Assembly (NCBI GenBank): GCA_965240325.2
Contig: OZ251238.1
Coordinates: 372,001-436,000 of the forward strand
Direction of reading: 5' to 3'
DNA: 64,000 bases
Source: Rebecca billardiae RCC1528
Lineage: Eukaryota; Protista; Haptophyta
The stretch's first letter is position 1; the number at the start of each line of letters is the position of its first letter. This document shows positions 10,745 through 22,542 of this stretch, one piece after another. Under the pieces are notes generated by a model, which worked only from the letters and a program-made list of their open reading frames with translations, made no database searches and had not been told where the DNA came from. The translations under genes were made by a program, and so were the position numbers.

Positions 10745-11078
10745 CGAGGACGACGGACTCGTCATCCGTGAAGCAAATCCTCGGGTGACTGACGGTCTGA
10801 CGGGCTCGGACGTTTCATCACGGGATCCAATTCCAAGAGACAAGAGTCAGTAGATCGTCGAACTCAGAAGCCTAGGGCCGATGAGGCTAAACGCGGACCG
10901 GCGGCGGCGCCGGGCGGCGGAATTCTATATTATGACGCCGGACTGGCAGGGGACAGGGGTCGTAGTCAACCGGCCCTCGTGATCTCGTCGCTGGACGAGG
11001 GCCAGCAGCCTGGACGAGGGCCAGCCCTCGTCCAGGCCAGCCCGCGAGGTGTCAGGTGAGCGGGAGCCGAACGTTCAT

Positions 11079-12587
11079 CTACTTCTTCTTGCCCTTCTTC
11101 CCCTTGCCGCCCTTGCCGCCCTTCCCCTTCTTCCCCTTGCCCTTCTTGGCCTTCTCGAGCTCTCTCCGCGTCACCCTGCCGCGGTAGATCCTCTGGATCA
11201 CAGACGCGGCGCCGTCGAGCATCGCCTTCTGCGCCTCCTCCTTGGCCTTCTCCTCGGCGATGCGCCGCTCCTCCTGCTGCCGCAGCATCAGCTCGGCCTC
11301 CACGCGCTCGAAGTACTCGGCGTACCACCTGAGCTGCCGCTTCTCCTCGTCGTACTCCTTCTTGATGGCCTTGATGTGGCTCACCTTCTCCCGGACCTCC
11401 GTGTCGTACTTGTTGATCCAGTCGCCCATCTGCGCACACGCGCGCGGGCGGGCGCGCGGGCGGGCAGGCGGGCGGGCGGGCAAGAGGGACGGGAGGGAGG
11501 GAGGGAGCGGCGCCGTGAGCGCAGGGCACGCAGGGGCGGCGGGCACGCGGCGGCGGCGCGTGCTCGGCCGCGCCGCGGCGTACATCGCCCTCCTTCTTGA
11601 TCTTCTTCTTGCGCAGCACCTCCTCCTGCTCGCGGTTACGCTGCGAGGTGGTGGCGAGCTCGTGGCGCAGCCGCTCGAGCTCGGCGTTCAGCTCGGCCTC
11701 TGTGCTCTCCCACGCCTTCTTGTCGTCGTCGGCGCGTTGCCTGGTGGACTCCTCGAGGTTCTTCACCTCGGCCGACGTCGACGACTTGATGTGCTCGATC
11801 TCCGTGCGCAGCTTGGCCACCTGCTCGTCCAGCTGCCCCACCTCCGCCTCATGCTCCGCCTTCTCGCCCTTGAGATCCTTCTGCAGCGCGCGCAGCATCT
11901 GCGACGCCTTCTCCTCGCGCGCGGAGACCTCGAGGTAGAAGTCCTCCTTCGACTTCTCCTCCTCCACCGACGTGCTCATCTTCTGGTACGTCTGGTGCTT
12001 CAGCTCGTTGAACGTCGCGAGGAACTTGACCATCGACGCGTCGCGCTCGCACATCCCCATGGCCGCCTCCACCTTGTCCACGATCGAGCGGTCCTGCGCG
12101 CGCGCCGCAGGGGTGGAGGGGGCCGCGCGGCCGGGCGGGCGGCGAGGGAAGCTCGTGAGTGATGTGTGCATGCGCGACCACGCGCCGAGCGCAGCGCCAT
12201 CACGTGCCCGAGCGACAGGCGGGTCGCAGCGCGGCGGGGCGCGCTGAGGCCCACCTCGAGCACCATGCGCGCGACCACGCGCGACGAGTGCCTCAACTCG
12301 TCGTCGAGCGTCTCAAAGTCGGGCAGGCCGCGGGTGGACTCGTGGTTGCCCGGGTTGGAGATCGACTCGTACTGCTGCTCGAGCACCGCCTGCTCACTCA
12401 ACACCTGGTGCACGTCCAGCCCGACGAGCTCTGGCAGCACCGACTCGTCGAGCGTCACACCCGGCTGCACGCACGAGAGCAGCGAGAGCTTGAGGAACGT
12501 CTCCTCCAGGATGAGCATGATGCGCTGCGCCTCGACGTTCGTGAGCTTGTGCATGTTCAGCTGCGGGCCCAGGTCGAGGCGACTCAT
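11079..12587 (-). CDS. DRC10: Dynein regulatory complex protein 10 (IQCD-like); introns 12094-12254 and 11430-11583
   Basis: N-terminal KLTNVEAQRIM..LEE; long coiled coil; WINKYD; IQ motif IQRIYRG..TR; Lys/Gly tail. Confidence 0.85.
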
Positions 12588-12714
12588 GGCGCCCCGCCCC
12601 GAGACACCACGCGCGGCCGCCCTGCTGAAACCGTTACTGCGTAGTAGCACGGCCGCTTACACGGACAGCTTCACTCCCACAAATGCACGATGGCGCCTCG
12701 ACTGACGGCCCGGC

Positions 12715-13819
12715 CAAGGGTAGTAAGGGTGAGCAACTCCGCTGGCGACAGCCGCGAAGGTCGGCAGCCCTCTGTTTGCCGCGAGCGGAGCGGAGCGAGT
12801 ACTATCAGCGGCGGAGGGCGCTGAGGCCGCGCACGGCGTGAGGCGCGGCGTCGGCCGAGTCGGTCCGCGGAGGATGCGCGGCGCTCAGCCCGCTGCGCAG
12901 CGGCAGTGCGCCTCACTTTGCCCCGAGCGCCGTCCTCCGCGTCGCCTCCTTCCCGCCTTGGAGCAGCACGCATGTGCGCGCCGCCACCTTGAAGGCGGCA
13001 CGGGCTTGCTCAGACGACCGCGCGCGCGTGGCGCGCGACTTGGTCGGCTGCGCGCGCGCGCCGCCGCGGTGCAAGGTAGCGCCGCCGCATGCGCGCGCCG
13101 TGCCAGCGCGAGAGCGTGTGCGCGTACGTGAGTGCGACCTCACACACATGTCGAATGCTGCTTGGCATCCGACTTGCGGACTGACGGGAAGCTGGAAAAG
13201 ACAGCGGCGTGAGTGTTGGTACCATCGATTCGGAGCCTTAGCGTCCACTTGCATTCGTGCTAGGAAGGAATAGACAAGACTAGGCCTTCGTCCTGGGTAT
13301 CCAATGTCACTCAACACCTCGCTGATCGACCCGACGAGTGCCAGCGTGAGGCACAGCAAATCATTCGTGAGAGCAAGCAGACAAGCGAGCACTACGCTCA
13401 TGAGATGGCCGTGAGCAAAGGCTCGCGCGGGCACGGCGCGCGCATGCGGCGGCGCTACCTTGCACCGCGGCGGCGCGCGCGCGCAGCCGACCAAGTCGCG
13501 CGCCACGCGCGTGCGGTCGTCTGAGCAAGCCCGTGCCGCCTTCAAGGTGGCGGCGCGCACATGCGTGCTGCTCCAAGGCGGGAAGGAGGCGACGCGGAGG
13601 ACGGCGCTCGGGGCAAAGTGAGGCGCACTGCCGCTGCGCAGCGGGCCGAGCGCCGCGCATCCTCCGCGGACCGACTCGGCCGACGCCGCGCCTCACGCCG
13701 TGCGCGGCCTCAGCGCCCTCCGCCGCTGATAGTACTCGCTCCGCTCCGCTCGCGGCAAACAGAGGGCTGCCGACCTCCGCGGCTGTCGCCAGCGGAGTTG
13801 CTCACCCTTACTACCCTTG
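12715..13819. mobile_element. Foldback DNA transposon (P/Galileo-like), family B copy 1
   Basis: 398-bp inverted arms (12715-13112 / 13422-13819) starting CAAGGGTAGTAAGGG; near-identical to 40624-41728 in opposite orientation; 7-bp flanks do not match (GCCCGGC vs GCCCCCT). Confidence 0.9.
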
Positions 13820-13898
13820 GCCCCCTGCATGCCTCACGCGTTTGGCATCAGTCAGAATTATTGTCGATCGGTGCCGCATCACGCGGCCGGACAGCACA

Positions 13899-14466
13899 GG
13901 GGCGTTGCGCCAGCTGGACAAACGCCTTCCGGTCTTTTCAGTTCTGCGCTTTTCAAAACGAAATGTTCTGCGCTCTGTCCAACGGCAAAGCGCGGCGGAT
14001 GGCGGCTTCGCCGCCGCATGGGCGGGCGATGGCCGTTGCCCGCATAAAACGTGCGTCGGAGGCACGGAAGCGGGCAGATGGCGCGTCGCACGCGTCGTGG
14101 AACTCGGTCGCGACGCTCGCCAGCCTCAGCGCGCGCGGCGAAGCCACGTCCATGGGCGCCCAGAGTGCAGGCGGCACGGTCACGCCGCTCGGCCGCAGCG
14201 ACCGGCCTCGCACGCGTCCTTGCCGCGCGAAAGGGCATCCCAGCTGCGGTCATTCGACTTGTGCGTCAGGAGCAGTGTGCCAGCTAGCCGACGCGCACGC
14301 ACCGCGAGCTGCACGGCGTGCGCAAACGTAGCCCGCCGAGCGTGCGCCGATGCGGCACAGCGGGAGAGGGCCCCGATCCGAAGGCGACTCTCGTCAGAGG
14401 CCCTCCGTAGCTTCGTGATCTACGAAAGCTAGCGTCCTCGCGTTTGTCCAGCTGGCGCAACGCTCC
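13899..14466. mobile_element. MITE, Mutator-like
   Basis: 27-bp TIR GG(G/A)GCGTTGCGCCAGCTGGACAAACGC; 9-bp TSD GACAGCACA (13890-13898) / GACTGCACA (14467-14475), 1 mismatch. Confidence 0.75.
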
Positions 14467-14749
14467 GACTGCACAGGCGGATGGACCGAGGGATCCTATC
14501 CGCCAGCTCGTCGTCAGCAGGGGCACGACTTCGGACGTCTTGCATCTCACTAGCCATCACTTCCGATCGCCGTCGGGCCGCGATCGCGTCCGACGGTACG
14601 GAGTCACGGCACCGTCTCCGCACGACGGCACGACACGGACAGGCCGCGCGGTCCGTCCCGGTCCCTGCTGGCGCCGGCGGGCAGCGCCGGGCAGGCCAGC
14701 GAGCGGCGGCAGCCGAGACGCGCCCAAGTCGGGAGCCACGCGCGTCCGG

Positions 14750-17700
14750 TCATTCGGTCTGGGCCGACAGGCATCTCGCGCGGGAGAGGCTGCCGCTGCC
14801 CGTGCTGCCCGCGCCGTCCGACCTCCCGTCAGAGGCCGTCTTGCGAATGCTCGGCTTGCGCGGCGGCTTGCTGGCGCTGCCGCTCCCGTCGGCTGCGGCG
14901 GGCGGCCCCAGCCCATCCCGCTGCTTGGGCGAGCCGATCACGAAGACGAAGTCGGACTCGACGATCGGCGTGTCGTACAACGGGTTTGTGTACACGTACG
15001 AGGTGGGCTTGCCCGAGCTGCTCAGCGCCGTGCGGTACAGCCCGAGCGGCGCGTAGTCCTCCGCGCACAGCTGGTGGAAGAGCGCGCGCCACGGCCCCCC
15101 GACCGCGCGCTCGGGCACGGGGATGCGGTACAGCATCCGCTCGTTCGCGATGTCGCCCTCGATCAGCTGCTTCACCAGCTCGATCGAGTAGGGGTGGTAG
15201 AAGGACTCTGAGAGCAGCTTGTCCAGCAGCGGCGCCGAGAAGACCGAGCCCGCCGCAAAGTCGGCCGAGTGCTCGAGCGTGCCGGACATGAGCGTGTCCT
15301 GCTGCAGCAGCGCGGACGAGGCGGCCTGCTGCGCGGCCGCGACCGAGTTGGACGTCGTCACCATCGACTGCGGCATGGCGGCGTCGACCGACCCCTTGGA
15401 CGAGGCGAGCGCGCGGCGCGCGCGCACCGCCTCCTCGACGGCCTCGGCCGCGTCCGCGTGCGCCTCGTCCACGGCCGACTTGCCCGGCTGCGGGCCGGCG
15501 GGCGGGCCGCCGCGGCGCACGGCCCCCGCCACCTCGGAGAGAGAGAGCAGCTTGTTCTTCGACTCCTTCCGCCGAAGCTTGTCGCCCCACTTGCGCCCGC
15601 CGCCGCCGCCGTCGGCGGCCGCGCCCGCCGGCTCCTCCATACGCACGTCGAAGAAGCGCACGTTCGAGCCCTCGTTCAGCTGCGTGATCACCGTGGGCGA
15701 CGGGAGGCCGCCGACGGCGGTGCGGATGCCGAGCGTGGCGAGCACCGCGTTCGAGTCGCGCATCACGGCCGTCTTGGACGAGCCCGTCTCTCTGAGCTCG
15801 CCCTCCTCCGAGCCGGACGAGAGGATCAGCACGGCGGCGGCCGTCTTGAACGCGCAGTCGCGCAGGTCGTCGATCGCGAGCGGCGAGCCCTGCGAGCCAC
15901 ATTGAGAGCGGGCGGCGCGGCGGGGGCGGCGGCGGCGCGTGAGCACGCGAGCGCGCGAGCGCGCCGCGCCGCAGCGCGCGCCTGCGCACACCTGCACCCA
16001 GCGGATGTCTGGGAAGCGCTTGAGCCGCTCGGCGAGCAAGGAGTCGGGCTGCGCCTTGCACAGCACGACGATGGTGCGCGCCTCGGGCTCAAAGTGCACG
16101 AGCGTGCGGCAGATCGACTCGATCGCGCCGTCCCACCGCTCCGCCACGAGCAGGATGTGCCCGCACAGCTCCTCGCCCTGGTGCTCGAGCTCGTCACGCG
16201 TCACGTTCTGATACCCCAGCCCCGCCATCTGCATGCGCGCGCGGTGCGCGCTCGCCGCGCTCGACGTCGACGCGATGCCCTCGGCCGCGAGCGTGCGGCG
16301 CTGCTCGTCGAGCATGCCCATCAGGTCGCCGCTCGTCGCGTACCGCACCGCGACCGTCTGCAGCTTGCTCCACAGCTCGACGTGCCGCTCGATCGGGATG
16401 GTCTCGAGCGGCTCCTCCGCGCCCTCGCGCGGCGACGACGGCTCCGAGTCGGTCTCCGCGCTGACGAGTGAGCCGAGGATCGCCGGCAGGCTCTGCCGCG
16501 CGCACGACCAGCGGCGCGCGCCGCCCGCGGCGCGCGTCGCGCCGCCGGCCGCGCCGCCGGCCGCCGCGGGCGCGCCCTCCACCGCCGGCAGACGCACCGC
16601 GACGCCGCCGACGACGGGCGAGCGCGCTCCGCCGCGCGCGCTCGCGCTCCCCTCCGCCTCCTCGCCGATCAGCCCGAGCGTGGCGGTGCCCTCGACGCGC
16701 GAAGCGGACGCGTCCTCCGCATCCTCCTCCTCCTCCTCGCTCACGGGCCGGCGCTGCCGCGCGCTCCCGCCCTGCCCGCCCGAGCCAGCGGCGCCCGCCC
16801 CGCCGGCGGGCGGCATCACGCTTGCACTCGCCGCCGAGCCGAGCATGACGTTCCCCAGCGATGGCGTCACGTGCATCGAGCGCTGGATGTTCTCGCACGA
16901 GTCGGTGGTGAGTCTCGACTCTGCGGTGAAGCGCGGCGGCGGGCAGCTCCGCGGGCTCGCGCAGCCCCCGCCGAGGATCGCCTCGCTGCCGGGGGGCGAG
17001 CCGCAGCGGCGGCGCATGCCGGGCATGCCGCCGCCCGCGCCGATCGCGGCGCTCGGTCGCCGCGCGCCGCCGGGCATGCCGCCGCCCGCGCCGAGCGCCG
17101 CGCTCGGTCGCCGCCCACCGCGCCAGGGCACGCCGACGGGCGACACGGGCATCGACGGCCGCCGCGCCGTCGGCGCCGGCCGGAGTGCCCGCCGGCCGGG
17201 CGGCGCCGGCGACTGCCCGGGCAGCACTGCCGGCTCAACCGTGGCGGGCGTGGTCAGCCGCACGTGCACCGCCGAGCCGCTGCGCTGCAGCATCGCGCCG
17301 TTCGCGCCGACGCTGATGCCCGGCCCCTTGCCCCCCGGCAGCCTGAACGAGCCCGTGCGCGAGCCTCCGTGGTTTGAGCCAAACGAGTTGCGCCGCTGCG
17401 CGGCCGAGCGCTCGACGATGACGGAGTGGCGGCGCTCGGAGTGGCGGTGCTCGCGCGCGCCCTCCTGCGTGCTGCGGCGCAGCGCCCAGTGGCCCAGCCG
17501 CGAGCGCAGCTGCTCGAACGGCTCGGCGCCCTCCGCCAGCGCGGTGCGCGCCTCGTGAGACACCTGGTCCGCGTGCGCCTCGTGCAGCGCGAGCACAGCC
17601 GCGCGGTCGCCCTGCTGCACGTCGAAGTCGCCGCTGGGCGCGAGCTGCAGCACCTGCGCGCCCAGCTCTTCGTCCGTGTACACGCGCGCGAGCATCACCA

Positions 17701-18270
17701 CGGAGAACCGGTCGTACAGGTGCGACTGCACGTCCGCCCACTTGCACCCCGCCCACGCGGGCGTGAGCTCGACCAGGTAGACCTCGTGCGATTTGCCCCA
17801 GTTGTACCTGCGCGCGCGCAGGCGGAGCACGCGGCGCGCGGCGCGCGGCGTGCGGCGTGCGGCGGGCGTGAGCGCGCGCGCCAGATCTCGATCTGGTGCC
17901 CCGGCGGCGCCTCGCGCGCGCGCGCGCGCCGCGCGCACTCGAAGACCCACTCCTCGCGGAACGTGGACTCGAGGTGCTGCGAGGTGAACATGTTGGACAG
18001 CAGCGTCGACAGGCCCGGGTGCAGCGCCGAGCGCGCGATCAGCTGGTTTGAGAGCTCGACGATGCACAGCGCCATGTCGGTGTTCTTGTTCCAGCTGGGC
18101 AGGCCGTACAAGTAGTGCTCGTTCCGCCGCACCAGCAGCTCCACATAGATCGGCAGCGATGGCTGCGCAGAGCGCGCGCGCGCGCGGCGCGAGGCGGGCC
18201 GCGGCGCGTGAGCGCGCGCTCGCGTCGGCGCGGGGCGGCGCTTTGGGCGCGCGGCGTGGCTGCGCCGCGC

Positions 18271-18307
<37 letters not shown>

Positions 18308-19668
18308 ACCTGGAAGTTTTTGAGCGTGAGCACGGTCGCGATGTTCTGCAGGTCCTCCTGCTCCGGCCCGTGCGTCAGCTTCTGCGCGATCACGAACGCG
18401 CCCGATGCCTCGCGCACGCGCGCGCGGTTGAGGTCCGCGGCCATGTTGACCGAGCCCTGCACGTAGATCACGCGCTTCTCGAAGAGCGGGTGGCGCAGGA
18501 GCATGCGCAGCTCGTTCGAGGGGTAGTCCGGCGAGAGCAGCACGAGCAGCACGTTGTGGATCGCCACGCCGTGGTCCTGGTGGAAGAACTGGAAGAGGAA
18601 GTCGTGCATCAGGTGGAACGTGATGTGCCCGGTCACGATGATGTGCCGCTTCGACGCGGCGTCGGAGAACCACGAGCTGGAGGAGGGCACGGTGGAGCGG
18701 CGGTAGACCGAGTCGGTGCGCATCGCCTCGAGCAGGCTGGCCACCTGCCGCGGGATCAGCACCGCCGACGAGATCACCAGCGCGTAGAACACGAAGTGGC
18801 CGGTGAGCGTGCCGATCGGGATGCGCGGCCGGCCGACCGTCTCGATCAGGCAGTAGTAGATCACGCGGTGGAAGGGCAGCTCCTCGGGCGGCGTGGAGCC
18901 CTCCACGTCGACGGCGGTCTCGAAGACCCAGAAGAAGCCCGCCGAGCAGAACACGAGGCAGAGCAGCGTGAGCGCGATCCGGAACACCAGCTGCGAGAGT
19001 CCGGAGAAGTTGCGCTCGAGCCGGAAGATGCGCAGCACGCGCGCCATCCGCACGATCCGCAGCATGCGCAGCACGCGCACGCCGCGCGACTCGCCCGAGA
19101 GGCGCGTGCCGAGGAGGAGGAAGAGCACGAACGGGAGCAGCGTCACCAGGTCGATCAGCGCCATCGCCGAGAAGTAGTACCGCAGCCGGTCGCCCGCGAG
19201 GTAGAGCCTGAAGAGGTAGTCGAGCGCAAAGTAGCACCCGAAGAAGATCTCGACGCCGTTCTCGATCTCGGCGGCGGCGTCGTCGTACTCGCGGTACGTG
19301 TCGACGACGAAGAGCACGCACGAGCTCATCGAGAGCAGCGAGTTCACCAGGTCGAGGTAGAAGCCCCAGTTCGACTGCATGAAGAGGTAGACTTCGAGCG
19401 CGACGCGCGGGTCGTCGCGGTGCCGCGTCGCGCTCGTGACGATGCTGCCGCTCAGGTTGCCGCGCGAGCTGCTGTCGCGCCTGGTCGATGGCCGTGTCTG
19501 CTTCTGCCTCAGCCGGTTCCGCAACACGCGCCTGGCCAGCATCACCATGTGCCTCGTCGTGCGCCACAGCACAATGGCCGCTGGGATAAAGCACATGATG
19601 ATGGCCACGACCACGAGCACGGCGTCCTCGTCAAGGGACTCATCGGGGTCGTCGCCAAAGAAGTCCAT
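14750..19668 (-). CDS. BK/Slo-like (Ca2+-activated K+ channel family) protein with RCK domains; introns 18163-18309, 17808-17938, 15890-15991
   Basis: S1-S4 with VRVLRMLRIVRMARVLR voltage sensor; RCK motifs HIIVTG, YVQGS..DL.RA, PGLSTLLSN, FAAGSVF, YVYTNP; pore region lacks GYG. Confidence 0.88.
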
Positions 19669-20070
19669 GGTGCCACGCGCAAGCTGGAGCGCGCTCGCCG
19701 CTCCCCGCCCTCCCGGCTCGAGCGAGCGTGCCGCCGCGCCGGTGGACCACCCAGGAGGCCCACCCCCTGTGTCGCTCACCACCCGACGAAGCTCAACCAC
19801 CCACCCAGACGCTCTGTAGCTCGCGACGACCACCAACCTGAGCAACCGATGACCCATAAAACGCGCCATGCTGCTGAATCAATATATTATTGACGCGTGA
19901 AATCTCGCGGTCTCGTCGGCCGGCATCTCGCGAGGCCACTCGACTTTCAGTTACCTGTACCGTTTCAGCCTTATTCGTATGATCCATATGTAACGTCATA
20001 TGCGCTTACTCCAACGTACAAGTCCGGTAGGGCGCTTGGGCGGCACGCACACAGTGAGAAGAGATCCACG

Positions 20071-21453
20071 ATGGCGCCCGCGGCTCGCCAGACCGCTCGG
20101 CTGCACGCGCTCCTGTTCGTCCTGGGCGCCATCGGTGGCGGTGCCCTGCAGCGCGCGCCTCCCGGAGCAGCCGATCGCGGTGGCACAGTCGGTCTGGCGT
20201 GGCGGCGCGCCGCTCGGCTACGCGCGCGCGCGCCCGCGGCCGTGCGCTGCGCCGCCGGCGGGGCAGACCAGGACGACGCGCGCATGGGGGGCGCTCCGCT
20301 CCCGCCGCCCGCCGCCGATGCGCACCTGCCGTTCGGCCCGCTGCCCGGCGCCGAGCCCATCCGCAAGGCGATGCGCTCGCCGCAGTTCGAGCTGCTCGTC
20401 GCGTGTTTCGTCCTGCTGTCCGTGATTGGCTACGGCCTGGGCACGCTGCCCGCCGGCGCGCTCACCGGCGCGCAGCGCGAGCTGCTCGGCCGTGCGGAGG
20501 ACGCGACGACCGGGCTCTTCGCGCTCGAGTACCTGCTGCGCTGGTGGTCGCGCTCGCTCCGCCCCGGCTACCTCGCCCGCCCCCTGATGGTCATCGACCT
20601 CGTCTCCATCCTGCCCGCGCTGCTCGCGCTGCTCGGCACGCCGGCCGGCGGCGCGCCGGCGCACGCCGTGGGCGGGCGGGGCTCGTGGGCCTTCCTGCGC
20701 GTGCTGCGCGTGCTCAAGCTCCAGCGCTACGTGCGCGACGAGCCGAGCTTCGCCAAGCTCCGCCTCGCGCTCGGCCTCGCGCCCGCGGGCGCCGCGGCGC
20801 GCCGCACCGACCTGCCGCTCGCGCGCGTCGTGCTCACACTGCTCACGCTGCTGCTCATCACGGCGGGCTTCCTGTATGAGGCGGAGCCGCAGGTGGACAA
20901 CTACTTCTCGGCGCTGTACCTCAGCCTCACCACGCTCACCACGATCGGCACGATCAGCCCGCAGACGCCTGCAGGCACGCTCGTCGTGAGCGGCTCGGTG
21001 CTCGCCGGCCTCGCGATCGTGCCGCTCCAGCTCTCGCGGCTCGCCGACGCGTTCGCCGCCGCGCCGGGCGCGGTGGCGATGATGGGCGACGACGACGACG
21101 AGCTCGAGCCCGCCGCCGACGGCACGTGCGCCGCGTGTGGCGCAGGTGGCCACCGGCGGGACGCCAACTTCTGCTACGCGTGCGGCACCGCCTTCCTCGG
21201 CACCGGCCCCGCCCCGATGGGAGCGGAGGTCGGGGCTGCGGATCGCAGCGACGGCGACTCGGTGTCGGCTTCGGCGGCGCGCGGAGGTGACGCGGCCGAT
21301 GCCGCCCGCGTGGAGCCTGCGGCAGCATCGTCGCCGCCGCCTGCTGCGGCTGCGCCGTCGAGCCAGCAAGCGAGCGAGAGTCAGACTCAGACTCAGACGA
21401 GATCGGAGGGCTCCGATTATGGATCAGATGATTCAGCACTGCACGAGCCATGA
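20071..21453 (+). CDS. 6TM voltage-gated K+-channel-like protein with C-terminal zinc ribbon, possible plastid presequence
   Basis: FALEYLLR, IDLVSILP, FLRVLRVLKLQR (S4); pore helix ALYLSLTTLTTIG; CxxCG...HxxDANFCxxCG tail as in bacterial/cyanobacterial ion transporters. Confidence 0.85.
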   Translation: MAPAARQTARLHALLFVLGAIGGGALQRAPPGAADRGGTVGLAWRRAARLRARAPAAVRCAAGGADQDDARMGGAPLPPPAADAHLPFGPLPGAEPIRKAMRSPQFELLVACFVLLSVIGYGLGTLPAGALTGAQRELLGRAEDATTGLFALEYLLRWWSRSLRPGYLARPLMVIDLVSILPALLALLGTPAGGAPAHAVGGRGSWAFLRVLRVLKLQRYVRDEPSFAKLRLALGLAPAGAAARRTDLPLARVVLTLLTLLLITAGFLYEAEPQVDNYFSALYLSLTTLTTIGTISPQTPAGTLVVSGSVLAGLAIVPLQLSRLADAFAAAPGAVAMMGDDDDELEPAADGTCAACGAGGHRRDANFCYACGTAFLGTGPAPMGAEVGAADRSDGDSVSASAARGGDAADAARVEPAAASSPPPAAAAPSSQQASESQTQTQTRSEGSDYGSDDSALHEP

Positions 21454-21570
21454 GTTGGCGACGTACTCGTGTTGACCGTCGTGACTGACAAACGGTGCTT
21501 CCAACTCCAAGCTCGGGGCCGGGCCTGTCGGAGGCGCATCAATCATCGTAAAATCCCTTTTCCCACAATC

Positions 21571-22542
21571 ATGGCCACAGCAGCGATGGCGGCGGACGAG
21601 GACGTGAGCGGGCTAATCAGTTTGTTGACCTCACCCACCATGATGAGTGACGAGCGTGCTGGACAAGGCAGGGTCGAGCGCGCGCGCAGCGCCGATCTCG
21701 GCGCCGATCTGAACGCGCTCGGCCTCTCCTCGGTCGTCAGCCACGCGCGCAACGAGCTGGACGGCTGCATGCGCGAGATGAGCTCGTGGCAGCGCCAGCC
21801 CTGCGCGGATGACGGCCAGGTGGAGCTCGTGCTCTGCCGGCTCATCGCCTCGCAGCGCGAGCTGCTCGCGTGGGCGAGTAAGGAGAGGCGCGCGCGCATC
21901 GACGCGTGGGTGGACGGCCCGATCGCCGAGCGGTGCGCGCTGCTGAAGTGGCAGCTGCGCAAGTTCCTCAACCCGCAGTGCGCGCTCTGTACCGCGGGCG
22001 AGTGCGCCGAGCACGCGCAGGGCCTCGAGCGCCGGCTGCCACCGCTGCCCTCGCAGATGCGCGCAGTCACGTCTGACGAAGTCGGCGAGCGCTTGCGCTT
22101 CTGGCACAGCCGGTCGCTTGAGCAGCTCACGTTCGAAGGCTGCCTCGAGGTGCTCGCTGTCCTGGCGAGCGCAGACGACTGGGCGCGGCCGCTGCGTGGC
22201 GACGCGGCGGCGGAGGCCGTGGTGAGGCTCGCGCGGCGCGCGGACCTGAACGTGGAGGGGCTCGCGGGCGCGCTGCACAACCGCCTCTTCCCGGCGTGCA
22301 TGGCGCCATGGCCGCACTGCGCTGAACATCGCGCGCGCTGGCAGCAGAGAGAGCCGCCGCCTATCCCGCCAGCGCCGCCCGTGAGCCCCGCGCATCACGG
22401 GCTCGTCGCCGCCCCAGGGTATGGCGTCACGATGTCACCGCACAGGACGATGCAGCCGGGCGTGCGGGCGCAAAGCCAAGCGCCCTTGCCGCCGCCACCT
22501 CCGATGCACGGCTGTGCGGATGACGCCGCCTGCTCACCGTGA
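21571..22542 (+). CDS. Hypothetical protein
   Basis: Coding-like codon usage from ATG 21571; Cys/His clusters (CALC..GEC.EH; C...WPHC.EH); Pro-rich tail. Confidence 0.55.
   Translation: MATAAMAADEDVSGLISLLTSPTMMSDERAGQGRVERARSADLGADLNALGLSSVVSHARNELDGCMREMSSWQRQPCADDGQVELVLCRLIASQRELLAWASKERRARIDAWVDGPIAERCALLKWQLRKFLNPQCALCTAGECAEHAQGLERRLPPLPSQMRAVTSDEVGERLRFWHSRSLEQLTFEGCLEVLAVLASADDWARPLRGDAAAEAVVRLARRADLNVEGLAGALHNRLFPACMAPWPHCAEHRARWQQREPPPIPPAPPVSPAHHGLVAAPGYGVTMSPHRTMQPGVRAQSQAPLPPPPPMHGCADDAACSP

Noticed and set aside
14750-19594. Single 1614-aa ORF as the true protein
   Set aside because: Its N-terminal third is off-frame. The real channel starts at 19668 in another frame and joins this frame after splicing.
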